NCBI GenBank assembly: GCA_015680685.1
Contig: MNCI01001925.1
Span: 279,573-343,572 of the forward strand
Reading direction: 5' to 3'
Source: Gnetum montanum
Lineage: Eukaryota; Plantae; Gnetophyta
DNA: 64,000 nucleotides
Shown one piece after another: positions 1-13,235 of this stretch (positions are counted from its first letter, which is position 1; the number at the start of each line of letters is the position of its first letter). The translations under genes and the position numbers were made by a program. The notes below the pieces were generated by a model. The model did not search any database and was not told where the DNA came from. It worked only from the letters and a program-made list of their open reading frames with translations.

Positions 1-120
1 TCACATTAACTACTGAGTTATTTGGAGGTATCTGGGCCTTGGTGTAGCCAGAGACCAGCGGGCACCTAAATCCTGTTCGAGGACACTCGTTGGCGGTCGC
101 GTCCCAAACGGTCGCCAACA
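1..120. mobile_element. Terminal fragment of an unrelated element (X), probably an LTR end (...CGCCAACA / TGTTGGCG...), inserted into the gag of element Y
   Basis: Y gag homology (..IIHVFAMSLVG) stops abruptly at 121/120. Sequence 1-120 is CpG-rich and ends in CA (TGTTGG on the minus strand). The candidate TSD CCTAC at 121-125 has its partner outside the window. Confidence 0.6.
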
Positions 121-1544
121 CCTACCAGAGACATTGCAAAGACATGGATAATCATATGGGGCCATTGTTGTAGTAGCAAGGATTTAGACCTAAAGGTAAC
201 GAGATGAGCATTAGGATCACCTTCCCCATTGTATTTAGTAAAATGGGGCAAATACATCCCTGGAGGCAATGATAGCATAGGGACTACTGGGCTGATGGGG
301 TCATCATGGTAGAAATCCATGACCTGTATTGTATAAGAGCCAGCAGCTTTAAGATGCTTAACTTCCTCGATGAGGGTTTGAATAAGCAAAAAATCTTGAT
401 CCAGACCTGTTGATGATGAAGTTGGTGCTGGAGGAGCAGGGGGTTGGGCTGGAAGAGTAGTACTGGGCAATGGAAAGGGAGCGATAGCTTGGCTAACAGA
501 CGGTGCGATGGGGACTTTCCCCGCAGACAAAGCTGCCTGTGAAACCCACCACCCGATAGGCTATGTGGAAAAATTGCCCATCACTGGATGTGTATGATGG
601 AAGGTGTAAGGATGTTGTGTAGTTACCTACGGGACGTGTGTGGTAGATGCGTCCAAGGATTGTACACCATAGAACGCAGATTAATTGTGTTGTGTAATAG
701 GCGTGATCCACTGACCAGCTGTAGGTTGTTGAACAGATCGCTGCGATTGAATGGTGGTTGCGATCTGTTGCCTTGCAATGGGCTGCAATGATAAGGTTTG
801 CACTGGATTTTGCACCGGGCGGGTTATAGGCGTGGTATGGACCTGCACTTGGGGAATGAAATGGAGGGTAGTAGACACAGGTATCACCAATGGAATCCTG
901 ATTACATGTCGTGAGGGGGTTACTGCCACGTTATTTTGAGGTGGCATTTGTACCTAGAAGATCAAGGATTACGTGGTGGACTATGGGACAATGGGAATAT
1001 GCGTTTGGGTGGTCATGATTGGGTTGAGATGGGCAGCTTCTCTGGTGAGAGGATGAAATAGGGGATTCACATATGTATGGGGGCTAATGGTATGGTATGA
1101 ATCCGCGTGTTTAGACTGAGCTACAAATTCATCTTCATCCTCCTCCTTGTTTTGAGGCTCTAGAGTAGACTGTGTAATCTGATTCTTAACCATAACCAGT
1201 TGGGATAGGAGTTCATGATAATGATCAGTAAGGGGGATGAAGTCATATGCAGTAGGGGTGAAGTCTTGACCCCCTTTGTAGGTCAGCTTGTAATTTCATT
1301 TTGCCCCCATCTCGGCTCGACTAAGGGCAATATTTTCCTGGATCTTAACGTAAATGAAATTATACTCTTCAGGAGTCAAGACGGTGAATGAAGGATCCCT
1401 ACCTTGTAATCTCAATGAATGACGTGACTGTCCCTGAGGTCCTGTCACGTTGAAAGCTAATTCAGGAACGGTGATGGGATTTACGGTTGTGGCACCCAAG
1501 TCAGTGGCGATCATAGCAATAGTAGTTGTATGTGTAGAATCCAT
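121..1544 (-). pseudogene. gag: Degenerate gag N-terminal part of element Y
   Basis: ORFs 1296-1544 (RHSLRLQGRDP..EEYNFIYVKIQ) and 66-530 (LPHFTKYNGEGDPNAHL..F) are homologous to the gag of A, B and C; stops and frameshifts present. Confidence 0.85.
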
Positions 1545-1769
1545 CTCTTAGATAGATCGATAACAACAAATGAAAATATTTAAAAGGTGATGGAAAAACA
1601 AAACCATGATTGGGCTTTCTACCTTGTAGGATTCCAAAGGAATCATTACTATGACCAATCTACACCACACGATTTCGTAAACTTCCCTAGAGGTATTATG
1701 TTTACGTTATGTGAACGTGGGTACGGATTGCTTACAAGGTTACCCGTAAAATATGGATTGGAGCTCTGG

Positions 1770-1786
1770 CCCTCCTTCTAGCATTA
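1770..1786 (-). promoter_or_regulatory. Primer binding site (tRNA-Asn), degenerate, element Y
   Basis: Minus strand reads TAATGCTAGAAGGAGGG, 6 nt after the LTR end; compare the intact TGGCGCTAGAAGGAGG in C. Confidence 0.8.
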
Positions 1787-1792
1787 GAAAAC

Positions 1793-3424
1793 TGTAACGA
1801 CAAAAAATGTTGATTGCTAGAAATACCGAGCGAAGATCCATGTACATAGTCTTAACCATGGATCCGTGCGAGGGCCGTGATGGAGAAAACAGATCCGAGG
1901 TGCCCTGAACAGTCATGTTTGATCAGACAGGGACTTACGTAATTAGTAAATTATCAAATTTCATGATAGTATATATTATATATATATATTTCATGAAATG
2001 AATTAATTCGGTTAATCGTAGAAGGAGTAGAGAAAAATGTAAAGAACTTGAAATAACGATAACGTCAACACGACAAGGAAGATCAGATTTAGGAAAGATG
2101 CGTAATTCCAAGATCTATGATTTGACTCAAAGCTAAATATATTGCATAAAATGTTCCAATGGCAGAATTCTCTTATCTTTGTGTGAAGCATACACGAAAC
2201 CTCAAGAGAACTATTTAAAAGGGAGAACAGAATGAAGGTTGATCTACCTCGTAAGCCAAAAGTGGAATGCAAGGAAGGTCAAGCCTAGATGTTTATCGAT
2301 CAACTGTTTCTGATTAATAAACCTTACCAATCATACCAGATGATCTCTCAATCTTTGATCTGCTCCTTTTTCCCTCGGTAATCTTTGCTTAAAGCTGCTA
2401 ATGATCGCCAAGGAAGAGGATAATGTTTTCGCCAAGAAGACTGATCGCTCCCATTGCCAATGCTCAAACAATGCCTTATGTCCTTTAAAAGAAGAAAATC
2501 CCCTCTCTCCTTCTTTTTCTTTGTCAACTGGGGTATTTATAAGTTCAGCATCATATGGGAAGGCATGGTCTTGATGACACATGTCTCAAAATTTCAAAAC
2601 ACTATTGACTTGACAATTTTTATGTTAAAGTTGGTCATGCCACATTACGTCTTGGGGGCAAGGTGCGCTGTAAACCACTCTTGGTGAAACTGCCTCATGA
2701 TTATGCTATGATATGCTGATGAGCATATTGCCATGCATGGATAACAAGTGCATGCCTAGTACTACCTTAGCTGACTTTATACTTCATTACGCTCTTTTAC
2801 GCTGCGTAGCATAGCAGAGCGTAATGTGATGAATTCCACATGTGTTACACTTATTTATGTTGCAGAGCATAATAGAGTGTAAATGTGGTTAACTCAAGTC
2901 GGTTTTGCACTTATTTATGCCGAAAAGCATAATAGAGAGTAAAATGGTCAACTTTTTAGCACGTTACGCTTACTTACGCTACGTAGCGTAATAAAGCATA
3001 AAGTGACCAATCTACCATGCTTCTTTTGACGTTGACTTTGATTTTTTCTATGCTCATTATGCTCCTTTGCGTAATGGAGTGTGAATATAGTCGTGATCAA
3101 AAGACTTGGTGGAATATGTGACAAGTCGTAGACCGCTGCTTAGGCCTTAAACTTGTCATATTTGCAGAAGTTCCAAATTTCTGCTAACTTCATTACTATA
3201 GTAAGCTACCTTTGTTACATTGCATAGAATTACGCTGGGTGACATGATGCTATATTGCGTAATGTAGCATAAGGAGCAACAAAGTTAGAATTTTTTTATG
3301 AAATTTGGAGAATTGATGTTGCATGCCCTTTTTCGTTGTTCTACCTTTTGGATTTCTGCTGTGAGCTTTTGCTTGAATTGTGAATCTTTGCCTTAGGCCG
3401 ATCTGTAATTTCCATGGTGTTTCA
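1793..3424 (-). repeat. 5' LTR of element Y (1632 bp)
   Basis: Minus strand starts TGAAACACCATGG (3424) and ends CGTTACA (1793) next to the PBS; TATA-like CTTATAAATACC at about 2532-2543. Confidence 0.8.
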
Positions 3425-4431
3425 GTAGCATATTATCTAAATCTCCAAACAATTTTTAAGATTTTCTATAAAAATGGTGTACTATATAGTAAATTTAAAT
3501 AACCTACCACTTAGATCTAATTTGAGCTTGAAGGTTAGGCTTATTTCTATTAAAGATCAATAAATGAAGAAATTTTGGAATAAAACCATTATTGAAGTAC
3601 TTTTCTAGTGATGAAATTGTAGTTAACAAACTTGGAAAAACTAGAAGTTCATCCTCAACTCATATCTCTATCTTTTTTAGCATCATGATAATAGCTAGAG
3701 TTAATTACTTATTTGAATATTAAAAATTAGGAACTAATATTTAGTTTTTATGCAGATGATAATAATGAAGCTATATATGAGAAGTACACTAAGGATGTAG
3801 CTCTTGAGAAATTATACATTATATAATCGCTCAAGGATTAGTTAGATTCTTAAGTGGGGGCCTAGTGGTTAAATTATAATGTATCATCTCTTATATAGGG
3901 TAAAGTTATATTATATTAATAATGTAGTTAACCTTTGAAAGATGGGATGCCTTATTATGAGGATTTGTAACTATTCATAGTACCCTTTGGGAAGGGGGTT
4001 TGACCTATAATATTTAAGATAGGGACTTAGATGTTGTACCATGCATGAAGTTGTAGAGCCAACAATGATAAGTAATGAGAGCTAGGTGAAGTGGAAAAAA
4101 AAGGGATTAATCACCACTTTAGTCTTGTGGCCTAACCATAGCTGTAGTGCTAGTATCAAATGAAGATAATCCCAAGGGCATTTGTATCCAAATAATTTCA
4201 TTAATAAAGTCTTCTTCTCTTTTTCTTTTCTATTAATTCAAATTGTCATTTCTTTCATGTTTTAAGCACATTTAATGAGTTATTCATGACATTATATAAT
4301 GATTATACATAATGAATGAGTATAATTATTAACATCCTAGATGATGATTTCATAATGGTAATTATAGCTATATTAAATATATCAACATGGATGATGTTCC
4401 AACTTACAAAGAGCTTATCAATGATGATCCC

Positions 4432-5944
4432 TAAAACACCACCAAAAATTCATGTTGTACATTGTAACCTTCTTTTCCTCCATTTTAGGCAAGACCTTAT
4501 TCTAAATGTAAGATATGTAGTCCATGAGCTACAATCTTGCATACTTTAGCTTTTTAGGACCAAAAAATGCCCCAAAATTTGTTGTTGCCTCACTTCATAG
4601 GTGGAAAAATGTATCTCATGTTTATATTCAAGTTTGGGAAGGCTAAAAATGCCTTAGGAGTGGCCAAACTCGGCATTTTATGGGTTTTTGTAGGGATATA
4701 GCCTCAACTACGTTGGAACCATATACTTCGTAGTGTAGATGGGATTGATGGGATTTCCCATTTTCAACCGAGTGTAGTCACCACTAAAACCTAGTGAAGA
4801 TGCAACATTGGAATTCTTGGGATTTTTCATTTTCAATTTTCCAATAATAACCAATGTAGTTACCCCATGTTTTTCGTCGTTGTAGCATCAATGAATCAAT
4901 GGAATAGTGGAACAATAGAATAGTGAAACAATAGAACAAGGGAACAAGAGAACAATGGAGCAATGAAATATGTAGCATTTCCCAATGATGGAGTTGACCA
5001 CATTTTTTCAGTAACTTTAGTGTAGTTGAGATGGTTAGTATAGTTGTTATGGTTAGCATAGTAAAGATGGTACCAACATAGTCACAAGTATCCATTTACT
5101 ATTTATAGAAAACAAATGGATTTTGGTGGCTACAATATTATGGAATTAATATAAATGGGAACCACATTGAATATGGATGACCATTGATACCTATAAATTG
5201 ATACCAATATCTCAACAATCATGTCAATGGTGTGCAAGCACCAAAATAGCCAATTCCACCCTATATAAATCACATGTAAATATCCTAATTTGATGCCACT
5301 ATTTTGACAAAAAAGAATACTTTGCAACCTTTTTTCAATAGCCAAGAGCACTTTGCAACAAACACCTATTCACAACCTTATAGCACTTTTGAGAAAAACT
5401 AGTGTCTACACTAGGCACAAAGACTCGCATCTGACACCATTGCACCAAAAGTGTAACATCTTCCCATAGCCATAGTTGTACATCTTGGTGAAAACTAGTG
5501 GGAGTTGCAAAAAAATGAAGCTTAAAAACATTTGGATCGTGGAGCTTCAAGTACAAATTGCAAGTTCCAACAAACTTCAAGCACATTGCTTAGCAACTCC
5601 ATTTAGACCCAACACATAATGTGTACCTCTCAAACATTGTACTTTATTTTCAATTTTAATAAATTCATAGTTTATTATGTGTAGATTGGATTTTATATAT
5701 TCACTTTTGTGTTGGTTTTTATCCTAGATCTACAATTTCATTTCTATTTCCCATTTTTTCATTTTGTCATCTTCTTATCTTCTTGTTTTTGTTAATACTT
5801 TCATAAGTCCCTAGGTGATCAGCCATACCATCAAGGGTACCTTAAATCCTATTTTCAAACACCCTTGCGATTCAAGGTTAACACTATTCTAGCACTTGGG
5901 ATTTTTGGTTTCTATTCCAACAACCAAAATTTCTATGTCCAATA
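4432..5944 (+). repeat. Old, degenerate 5' LTR of element Z
   Basis: Starts TAAAACACCACC (G>A variant of TGAAACACC); CTATATAAAT at 5261; carries the U5 block shared with the other LTRs at about 5830-5885; followed by a PBS. The left boundary is inferred. Confidence 0.55.
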
Positions 5945-5950
5945 GTTTTT

Positions 5951-5967
5951 TGATGCTAGAAGGAGGG
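5951..5967 (+). promoter_or_regulatory. Primer binding site (tRNA-Asn), element Z
   Basis: TGATGCTAGAAGGAGGG. Confidence 0.75.
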
Positions 5968-6479
5968 TCTTCATCCAAAACCTTGGCCAAAACCTTTTTT
6001 CCAATTGCCACATTTTCAAGTTTCCAAATCTATGAACATATTCCATTAAAAAAATTGGAAACTAGAGTAGGTATATTTTTATCATATTTTCATAGTAGTT
6101 GTTGGTTTACTTGAAGCCATCATAGTTAATTATAATACCTATCCACTATAATACTCATCTACTATGATAACTATCTATTGTAATACCAATCTACTATGAT
6201 AATTGCCTACTATAGTACCTATATACTAAAATACTTATTTACACAAATACTTGTTTTCATTTAGTGAGATAAACCTCTTTCCCCTTTTCACCACCCAACA
6301 ATAGTTCTTCATTACCTATCCATTTATAAACACTTACGGTAGTGGATTATCCCACTTATTACACTTTTACTAAAAATAGAAAAAATGCTAAAATGATAGA
6401 TTTCACTATGTCTTTTTAGCCAATTGATTGTTCTACCCTTCAAATTCATTGACAACAAATCCATCCAATAACCTATGAG

Positions 6480-6862
6480 GGTATATGACTCTAAGGACCT
6501 TATTCTGATTGTGTAGATAGTCCTTGAGGCTTAGGGGGTGAAGGCTTGATTTCTTGATCATAAATGAATATCACTACAACTTTATTTATGCTAAAATTCA
6601 AGCTAGCATGTTGATTCCTCACATGGAAGTTAAAGCCAAGAGGAAATTCAAACTTATACAATGTAATGGGAAGGAGTATATCCCTTCCTCATATGTCCAA
6701 ATACCCCTTAACAAAACTCATGTGTACATCCTATCTCAATTAATTGAGATGGATGATAAGGGTAGAAAGGCTATCTTAGATGAGTAATAGGAGGAGAAGG
6801 ATGAGTTTAGGATGCAATCTGAACATGAGAACATTCTAGGTGCACTCTTCCAATACGCCATT
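6480..6862 (+). pseudogene. gag: Degenerate gag N-terminus of element Z, cut by the insertion of A
   Basis: ORF 6554-6787 (YNFIYAKIQ..EVKAKRKFKL..GKEYIP) matches the gag N-terminus of Y, A, B and C; start approximate. Confidence 0.7.
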
Positions 6863-8652
6863 TGAAACACCCCAAAATTTCAAGACCCTCTTGCTTCACC
6901 AGGGTCTTGGAATTTAGGCAAGGGATTTCCACATGTGCAGCATCATGGTAGTTTGATAGGAAATGAATGCATTGAGTTTAGACTATTCAGTTTAGTAAGT
7001 TTTCTACCTCCAGAGCTAACAGGCCCAATGGACTCTCTGGCTTGTCCACCTAGGTGTTTCACCTGGCTGACGGTCTATTTAGAAACCATGTGTGGAGTTG
7101 TTAGCAGTGCTTAGGATGTGCAAAATAATTCGAAAAGTTTTCTAGTAAAGAAGTTTGCTACGCTATGTAATGTAGCATGCCTTAGAAGATAGTTTCTCAG
7201 GCAACCAAACTATTGCAGAACCGGGTGCTATGCTATGCTATGCTAATAGCATAGCACAATGTAGCAAAGGAAAAACAGAAAGGCCCAGCTTACCAAGTGA
7301 TTCCAATTGCACTTGGCAAGCACTCCAACCTTGAAAACTAGTTATCTTATTCAACTTCAAGTCCTTAGCAAAGCTTCTCGTTAGAAAGTGGCTGATTGAA
7401 CAAAAAGCAGGATGCGCTAGCTGCTATGCTATGCTATGCTACATAGCGTAGCACAACATAGCAATGATGCAAGAATAGCAAAAGGTGCCTCAAATGCAAG
7501 ATTATCAAGTTCGAATTCTTCCCTTAGCAAAAGAAAAAGTTGTAGTTTTTGGCATGATCAAACTTCAAGCAAGCATTTGCAACTGCAACACAGGTCGCAT
7601 ATGAGGTCGGCTGCTATGCTGTGCTACGCTATGTAGCATAGCATAGCATAGAAAAGATGCAAAACCAAAAGGGGATGCTTCAAAAGTTAGCCTAAAATGC
7701 ACCAAGGCTTCCAGTAGTTGACTTCAACACAATTTTCTTCTTCAAACTAGTGGCTACGCTATGCCACGCTACATAGCATAGCATAGTGTAGCAAGTTTCT
7801 ACGCTACACGAACATGCTATACTCCATAGCATAGCGCAGCTTAGCAAGCAACTACACTACTCCTGTGCCCTTCACTCCTTATTTGCATTATTGGCATATT
7901 TGAGTCTAACATCTCTAGTTTTGATAGAATAATTGTAGTGACTTTGCATGTTCATGCAGAGTAGACATGTCATCATTTCATGGGTCCAAGACATGCATAA
8001 TCCAAACTACATCTATTGCGTGCTCCTAGCCCTATAAATGCCCCAACGAGCAACGCTCAAGGGGTTGGAAAAAATTTGTTAGTTAGCAATCTTGAGCATT
8101 GTTGGCATTGGTTGGAAAATTGGCAATTCAAAGATTTGACAAATCTAAGCAGTTAGCACTTTAGCATTGACACTTGGCATTAGCTTTTCACTTGTTGACA
8201 CTTTGTACTATTGGCTCCTAAGCTTATGCTCAAAAACATAGTTGAGGAATTTCTAGCATCCTGGTCATTCCTAGGCTCTCTATGCACCTCTAGCATTATA
8301 TAACTTGTAATACATCTCCAAGCAGAGAAGAGAATCGAACCCATGATTTTGCGGTGGTGCATTTTCTCATCCCAATTACTCTTTTATTTCTATATTGTCA
8401 TCATTGTTTAGAATTATTTTCTTTATTATCACATTTATTAATCATCAATTAGATCTCACATATTTCACGCTTAAAACGATGTCTACATAAGGTTAAGCTA
8501 CACTCACCAAGTTGTTGTTTAATTGACAAGACCATTCAAGGTGCCCTGTTTCTATTTTCTATCCAGCACGGCCCTTGCACAGATCCAGGGTTAAAACTGT
8601 TCACCCGATAACCTCTCAGTGTTTCCAGCCACTGACATTTTTAGTCACTATA
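6863..8652 (+). repeat. 5' LTR of element A
   Basis: TGAAACACCCC...CACTATA (CA>TA); colinear with the B LTRs; TATA CCCTATAAATG at about 8030-8040. Confidence 0.85.
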
Positions 8653-8658
8653 GTTTTT

Positions 8659-8675
8659 TGTTGCTAGAAGAAGGG
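8659..8675 (+). promoter_or_regulatory. Degenerate tRNA-Asn PBS of element A
   Basis: TGTTGCTAGAAGAAGGG, 6 nt downstream of the LTR. Confidence 0.75.
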
Positions 8676-8891
8676 CGTTCAGTGCCTTTTACATGTTTCA
8701 TGATAGTCCTGTACATGTTCTGTACCTCATTTAGCACTAGCGTAAATGTGACAACCTTTTGTGGTTCTTTATGCATAATGCGGTACAAATGGGTCGCTCT
8801 AACGGTTCCTTTGGAATCCTGCAGGATAGAAATCCTTTGATTGTTTCTTAATCTCTATGTCTCATTTGCAAACCCTTTTAGCTTTACAAAA

Positions 8892-11800
8892 ATGATTTCC
8901 TCAAGCACCACAGCTACTACCTCTAATGTTGAGGTCCCCCTCTTGGTTCAAGGCATCACAGGTGCCGAGTAGGTTCCTAGCCCAGTGTTGGGACCATGCT
9001 GATCTCTCAAGATCCAAAACTAAGGACCTGAGGGCTTAGCTTAGTAATACGAGTAGTATAACTTTCTTTGTGCTAAGGTTTAGGCAAACCTACCCTTAGA
9101 TGCACATGAACTCGAGGACAAACCTGCCTTCGAGTTCGTTTATTGTAACGGGAGGGAATTTATTCCCACTCTTGGAATTTCCATTCCTTTGACACAGATG
9201 CATCAATGGCTCAGAGACCAGTTGATAGTGACCATTAGGCCTAGGGTGCCGTGAGACATAGCTTCTCACCGTGATGAGACGTTCCAAGATGGGCAAGAGG
9301 AACTAGATTCCCAATCTGAAGGTGGGGGTCAAAACAACCCTACCACCATCCCTTTGACTCTGTCTTTCTATACAAACCCACTATTTACCCCCACTCCCTT
9401 GATGATGACATCTGCACCATCATAGTCAACGATTTCATTGGCAATGGATAGCCATGCCATGCCCTCGGTGACTACTCACCTATCTCATTCTTAGCCACTA
9501 TTCCTTCACAAAATGTTCCGTAATCTATTCCCTCAACATATCGTGCACCCATCATGGCCACCCTATCATACGTTCATACCATACCTATATCGCACTCGCA
9601 TGCAACTTCCGTTTCCATTCCCTTGTCTACACCTATCCCACCATTAGTGATGTGCCCAGTCCTACCCCCATGGTGGACCCCATTCACTTCTCTTGTTTCA
9701 CAGCCATCGCAAATGTCCCACTACATTTGCCACCAAATGTACCAAGTCCTGCAAATGGTACAACCAAGTGCAAGACCATGGTCTCTTCCACTAGCCACAT
9801 AAGTGGCTTATCCCATGGTGCAACTAGTGGCTACTTCTTGAATAGCACCACCTACCGGGTGGTGGATATCACAAGCAACACCTTCTATAGGAGCCACCCC
9901 GATGGCAGCTCTTATGGGCCAAGTTGTTGCCCCTGCCATGCCACAAATGGGGGCTACCTCTATAGCTTCCCAACCATCCACAGCATCCCCAGGTCTAGAT
10001 CAAGCATTCTAGCTTATCCAGACCATCACTAAGGAAATCAAATGCCTCAAGACTACCAACTATGACATAGTATAGATCATGGATTTCTACCATGATGACC
10101 CCATTAGCCCAGAAGTATTCATGCTAACTTGATCCCCTAGGATGTCACTTCCCCACTTTACAAAATACAAAGGGAAGGGTGACCCCAATGCCTATCTTGT
10201 CTCATTCAGATCTGAGTCCCTTCTTCTGCAACAATGGCCTCATACGATCATCCACGTCTTTGCTATGTCTCTAATGGGGAAAGCCCTAGACTGGTACAAG
10301 ATGCTTCAATGCTCCTCCATCTCAACCCTAGAGGAACTCCTAACCTATTTCGTAACATGTTTCAAGTACAAATTAAGACCAGAAGTTATGCTAGATCAAC
10401 TAATGAGTGTGAAGCAAGATCCATTGGAACGAGTCCAGAAATTCATACAGTAGTGGAGTGCTACCCTTAACAAAATCTACGAGCCCATCACAGAGGTCCA
10501 TTTGCTAGCCATCTTTAAGGGTGTAGTGAATGACTTCATCAAGTCTAAATTGTACTATCTCGCTTCCCAGACCCTTAGCTAGGCTTTTGCCTAGATAAAG
10601 AGAATACAGTATGCGGCCAAGCAAAGCAACGACCTAGCTTATGTTGCTTACAAGAACATGTTTGCAAAGAAAGACAAGGGTAAGGCTGCAACAGCCACAG
10701 TAGCCGCTGTGGCAAAAGAAGCCAAACCCAACAACAACTAACCCGATGCCTATCTAGGGCAATGTAGCTCAACCCTCCATGTCTGCATCTAAAGCATCCA
10801 CACCGCCCAAGCCAAACTTTGCGTGTAAGGATCACTCTAAATATACCCCACTGCCTCTTAAACCTTCAGAACTCCTAAAGAAATTACTAGTAGCAGGGTA
10901 TATCCAACATAAGTGAATGTCAGAGGAGGGAGTCAAAAAACATCAATGGTACTACGAACTTCATAGGAACCCCTCCTTGGCCTTGCCTAATGAGCTGCTA
11001 GTTCCTAAGAATTTTACACTAGAGTGGTTTTGTAACTATCATCAACAATGTGGTCATGACATAGATTACTGCATAGCATTAAATTACAACATCCAAAGAA
11101 TGATTGATCAATGGAAACTGGTCTTAGACGAAAGCAACCCAGTCCACCCGAAAAATTAATCCTTACATGTCTATACATATCCTCTTAATGCCAAAAATTC
11201 TAGCTACATCATCAACACCATCGATGTTGACAGTAATCCTAAACTACCCCAGTGGCCATTTGTGGTTCGTGTGCCTCAATGTAGCACACTAGCACCACCA
11301 ATGGATAACCAAACTCTGCAGTAGCCATTTGTCCTGAGAGTCCCTCCCTAGACATCCACCCCTACATTGCCCATTAGCACAACCACTCCACCCCACGCAT
11401 TAACATCATTAGCATCATTTGTCATTAGGGAGCCGAGTCATTCAACCACCTTTGCCCCACATAAGACCAGCCTTGTCATCCAAAGAAACGAGAAGAGTGT
11501 TTCACAAGTGAGGCATCTATGGAAAGTACTGCCCTAGGTACTTTCAAACACACGCCCTCACCCTCTACATCTATGTCCTCATTACTGAAGGATGATATTT
11601 CTACATGTGCACGGTCATCACCACCTCACTCGAAAGGGTCTAATCGTAGACCCGAAGCTATCCCTCCTGAGGAAATTCATTTCCTAGTACAAATGGAAGA
11701 GGAGAAAGGCAGTAAACAGGAAGGTGGCCCTAACCTTTTAAGCACTCTCACTCAGGTCAAGTAGTCTCTAAAAAAAATATACAACATTGAGCCTATATGA

Positions 11801-12614
11801 CCTAATTATGACTTCTACTACACACTGTGAAGCTTTGCTTCACGTGTTAATGGAAATACCAATTGACAAAAACATGCCAGTAGAAGAGAAAGAAATTCAC
11901 TTAGTTATGCTTCCTTTTTTTGCTGCTAGACCAAAGCCATCCCAATTGACTTTTTATGATGATTCAATTAGGAAAGACCCTGAAAAGGGTCAGGTGACTA
12001 CATCTCTTTTCATCAAAATTTAGGTTGGCCAACATAGGATCCAAATGATACACGTTGATGATGGGGTTGCTACAAATGTCATCCCATTCCATATAGTGGA
12101 TAATCTAGGGTTGGTCGACTAGACCAGACCCACGATGATGTCATGCCTAAAGTCATTCAACAGGGCATGAGTCGTAGTGAAAGGCACAGTTCACATTGAC
12201 TTTGTGGTAGGAGACTAGTTCCCCACTAATGCAACATTCATCATGGTAGAAGAGATGCTCGGGTTTAACCTGATCTTGGGGAGATCATGGTTAGCACAAC
12301 TTAGGACTGTATCTTCCCCCATACATTAGGAGATCCATCTACCCTATGCAGGGAAGATGGTGGTAATCCATAGTGATGAGGTAGTAATGCAAGTGATCAA
12401 TAACATAGATATAGAGCAAGGCTCAGAGGTCATAACCTCTGAGAATGAAGTGCTTGTCTCCATAGATACTAACTACTTAGCAAAGGAGGTGGTACAACAC
12501 ATCGGCTTAGAAAACAAGAATGGGTGGGCCAAGTTTCCCTTCCAAGTGGAGGGAAATGATGTAGATGAATGCCCTAGCAAAGTGTCTCAACCTTATGATT
12601 CACCCAATCCATGA
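8892..12614 (+). pseudogene. gag: Degenerate gag-protease of element A
   Basis: Retrotrans_gag-like FTKYKGKGDPNAYL / KALDWY; zinc knuckle CNYHQQCGHDIDYC; protease HVDDGVATNVIP and FNLILGRSW; many stops. Confidence 0.9.
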
Positions 12615-12774
12615 TGGGTTAGAAAGTAGTTATGCATAGCGTAGCAACCCAACCACTTCATGCCCAGTCAACATCCTTTGTACATTTACCACTTATTAGC
12701 TTTGCATTCATCCATCTTAACTAGGTACGCTAACTCACTTTTCTAAAATCATTGACATACCTTCTGTTTACGTC

Positions 12775-13098
12775 ATGGCCCGAAATGGCCTAAAACTAAA
12801 ACATCATCCTGTGGCTTGAAATGGCCTAAAACTATGCATGGCCCGAAATGGCCTAAAACTATACTATTACATCATGGCCTGAAATGGCCTAAAACTAGTA
12901 ATGGCCTGAAATGACCTAAAACTATACTATTACTGTATGGCCCGAAATGGGCCTAAAAGTACGCATGGTTTGAAATGGGTTGAAACTATCCATGGCCTGA
13001 AATGACCTAAAACTATGCATGGCCCGAAATGGCCTAAAACTAGTGATGGCCCAAAATGGCCTAAAACTAGTGACCGCCCAAAATGGCCTAAAACTAAA
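12775..13098 (+). repeat. Tandem array (about 11 units of 26-36 bp, core ATGGCCCGAAATGGCCTAAAACT) between PR and the 3' end of the antisense gene, element A
   Basis: Direct inspection. Confidence 0.9.
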
Positions 13099-13235
13099 AC
13101 CCATTAAAAACATAAAAGTGAATAACATAAATAACATGTAAGCTAGAATAGCACCAAACTTATCATAATTTATTTTTCAAACAATGGTTCCAGTTTAACA
13201 ATGTTTACAATAATTTTTCTAGAATAGCCCTTCTA

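Larger units (their letters stand above)
121..3424 (-). mobile_element. Element Y: 5' part of a Tat-type Ty3/gypsy LTR retrotransposon (5' LTR, PBS, gag start)
   Basis: LTR at 3424-1793, degenerate tRNA-Asn PBS at 1786-1770, gag fragments at 1544-121. Confidence 0.85.

Noticed and set aside
3425-4431. AT-rich segment with faint resemblance to accessory-gene exon 7 (LKWGPS, HSTLWEG)
   Set aside because: Too degenerate to assign by eye; left unannotated.
12775-13098. Partly palindromic repeats with short variable spacers resembling a CRISPR array
   Set aside because: Spacers are only about 3-13 nt, the repeats are degenerate, there are no cas genes, and the array is an internal part of a plant retrotransposon.
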